Origin: a virus
Taxonomy: Duplodnaviria; Caudoviricetes
DNA: 64,000 nt
Strand: one strand, 5' to 3'
Virus record (IMG/VR): IMGVR_UViG_3300011116_001007
Each line of letters opens with the position of its first letter. Within the stretch, counting starts at the first letter, position 1. Of the stretch, positions 63,682 through 64,000 are shown piece by piece. The position numbers and the translations under genes were made by a program. The notes under the pieces were generated by a model. It worked only from the letters and a program-made list of their open reading frames with translations, made no database searches and had not been told where the DNA came from.

Positions 63682-63710
63682 ATTGTATAACAATCTTGTG
63701 ACAGTTGCAA
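63682..63710 (-). promoter_or_regulatory. sigma70-like promoter
   Basis: TTGCAA-17-TACAAT. Confidence 0.55.
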
Positions 63711-63784
63711 CAGTTTCTGGCAAAAATATATTGTAGTTTGCTCAATCTGATAAATATCTGTGCATAATAATAACGGCGTACATT

Positions 63785-64000
63785 ATGTTACACACCATCA
63801 CCACCATAACCGACGAGCTCGAACTCTTGATCAAGGATGACCCAGTGCGTCCTGAGATACCCATACAAGATCGAATCAACAGCAACAGCAGAATTTATCT
63901 GCTGAAAACCGGCGACAGTACATCAGCTGTGACCTGTGTTAAGTTTCTCACCAACGTGCCTGCTGCTGTGGAAGACATGGCCGACCTGGTCGAGAGTGCC
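63785..64000 (+). CDS. Hypothetical protein (partial, runs off window end)
   Basis: MLHTITTITDELELLIKDDPVRPEIP...; open to the end; TAAATA at 63751. Confidence 0.65.
   Translation, partial: MLHTITTITDELELLIKDDPVRPEIPIQDRINSNSRIYLLKTGDSTSAVTCVKFLTNVPAAVEDMADLVESA

Noticed and set aside
1-64000. Alternative genetic code (stop-codon recoding)
   Set aside because: Known proteins (ClpA, NadE, PhoH, IF-1, clamp loader) are full length in code 11 and gene packing is tight.
1-64000. tRNA, tmRNA or rRNA genes
   Set aside because: No intergenic region showed a cloverleaf or T-loop; GTTCGA-like strings fall inside CDSs. A tRNAscan-SE/ARAGORN run would settle it.

Overview
The window looks like a 64 kb piece of a large tailed-phage (jumbo, T4-like myovirus-type) genome, not a cellular chromosome. 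It is densely coding, almost all on the minus strand, and reads fully in code 11. A Gram-negative, probably betaproteobacterial, host is inferred from the spanin pair, ErpA, ClpA and a Bug/TctC protein. Layout: (1) 1-14 kb, putative head-cargo and glyco/envelope-modifying enzymes (PIG-L deacetylase, glycosyltransferases, LpxH-like phosphoesterase, GATase-like protein, LysM protein, a 1462-aa nucleotidyltransferase/metallopeptidase/amidoligase fusion). (2) 14.7-20 kb, ClpA, DnaJ and a lysis cassette. (3) 20-31.5 kb, an accessory modification cluster, deaminase and PhoH. (4) 31.8-35 kb, clamp loader, GroES and a DnaE fragment. (5) 35-47.6 kb, baseplate and tail-fibre genes. (6) 47.6-54 kb, ErpA, SOD, IF-1, a small-gene array, SleB-like hydrolase and NadE. 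(7) 54-64 kb, small early-type genes behind near-consensus sigma70 promoters. The most striking signals are four. First, nine chained paralogous mini-genes whose conserved C-terminal L(R/K)WS-stop sequence is also the Shine-Dalgarno and start codon of the next gene. Second, a TAAATA late-promoter motif only 4-8 nt upstream of ten ATGs, suggesting leaderless late mRNAs, in a phage that also carries IF-1. Third, enzymes with capsid-targeting-like N-termini and protease-site-like linkers. Fourth, paired 18-bp operator-like palindromes upstream of early promoters. No tRNA, rRNA, CRISPR array or reverse transcriptase was seen. All product calls come from motif recognition by eye, with no database search.
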